A DNA stretch of 64,000 nucleotides from contig CDRNST010000093.1 in NCBI GenBank assembly GCA_977016875.1, positions 310,001 through 374,000 on the forward strand, given 5' to 3'. The DNA is from Pavona decussata (lineage: Eukaryota). The translations under genes were made by a program, and so were the position numbers. Within the stretch, counting starts at the first letter, position 1, and every line of letters begins with the position of its first letter. Shown here one piece after another: positions 62,971-64,000 of this stretch. The notes below the pieces were generated by a model. That model ran no database searches, was not told the origin of the DNA, and saw only the letters and a program-made list of their open reading frames with translations.

Positions 62971-64000
62971 TTATTCTACTCTAGTGTTTGGTGTTTGTAC
63001 GTTTCACAATTAAAATTCATCGCAAACGTCGCTGGGCATTTCTCCGTTGCGCCGTTGGCAAAATTTGCTGATTGAACATAGAAATAGAAAATCTGAAAAA
63101 ACAGAGGAAACACTCGGTGAACATCGATGCCCTTGTTAAATGATGTTACAGTGAACGTAACTTGAATGTTTGCAAAGAAAGACTTCGATAATATGTTTTC
63201 TATTTTTATGAAGGGTAAAAAAGACGTTATTTTTTTTTTCCTGGAGCTTGTTCAAAGCGGTTGCATTGTAACTGGGTAATACTTACCGCGCGACGCTCCA
63301 AAATACTTTCTTTTAGTTAATTTGTCTGTAGCTTTGTATACTGAAAGCCAGGCCGCAAAGAAATGATAAGTTAGATCTGCACTTCGCGTAAATTTATACC
63401 TATTTTCTTTCGATTGCAAGGACGAACAGTAAGTGAAGCGAAAATAGGTAAACAAGTGTACAATTGACAAGAATATTCGTTTCAAAAACTATTGTTTTGC
63501 AGTGATCGATTTGGCAAACGCAACGGGAATTCTGTGGCCTTCAATAGGGACTTAATTTTATGAAAATATAATCAATGGCTTGAAGATGGTACGAAAGTAA
63601 AAAAGGAATCGCATCGAGTGCCGGAATACTAGAAACACAGTGTCGAAAAGGAGTAAATGATCATTTCAATTAGAAAAAACAAAGATATACAAATGAAATT
63701 TATGGTCTTAGCAAGCCCATGCTTCTGATATACATGAGGAATAAGGATTATAATTTAGGGATAAAGTTATCTACAAATTGACATATAATATGCAAATGTA
63801 AATACTAACGTGTTTGTAAATTGTCACTCTTGAAGCCGGCTTTTAATAAAAAGACGACCGGACATTCATGCAATGTTATCTCTGAGCCAAAAGTTTCAAA
63901 TTCCGGCATAGGGTTAAGCTAATAAACGTTCAGCTCCTTCCATAACAGTTTTCATTCAGTTATTTAACATTTCACTGTGAAAAACACTCCCAACTTGAAA

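Overview
This is eukaryotic, AT-rich genomic DNA with spliceosomal GT-AG introns and four N-gaps. The repeat landscape looks like a marine invertebrate, probably a cnidarian or stony coral (inference only). The window is dominated by a head-to-tail cluster of four ~1,560-1,590 aa genes plus two decayed remnants. The ORF track splits each gene in two; joining the pieces across a conserved phase-1 intron gives one architecture: HEPN-like domain with an intact R-N-x-W-A-H motif, coiled coil, NB-ARC (STAND) ATPase, 3 TPRs with a carboxylate clamp, right-handed beta-helix, MYND zinc finger, and a conserved unnamed C-terminal domain. This looks like an NLR/Avs-like innate-immune receptor family with a putative RNase effector and an unusual composite sensor. 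Each copy is preceded by a paralogous promoter module containing IRF/ISRE-like motifs. Copy 3 is interrupted by a young RTE-type LINE with a 14-bp TSD. The copies are mosaics of one another. The window also holds two Penelope-like elements with minimal hammerhead ribozymes, several MITEs with identifiable empty sites, LINE and SINE remnants, and an intronless KCTD8/12/16-like BTB gene near the right end.
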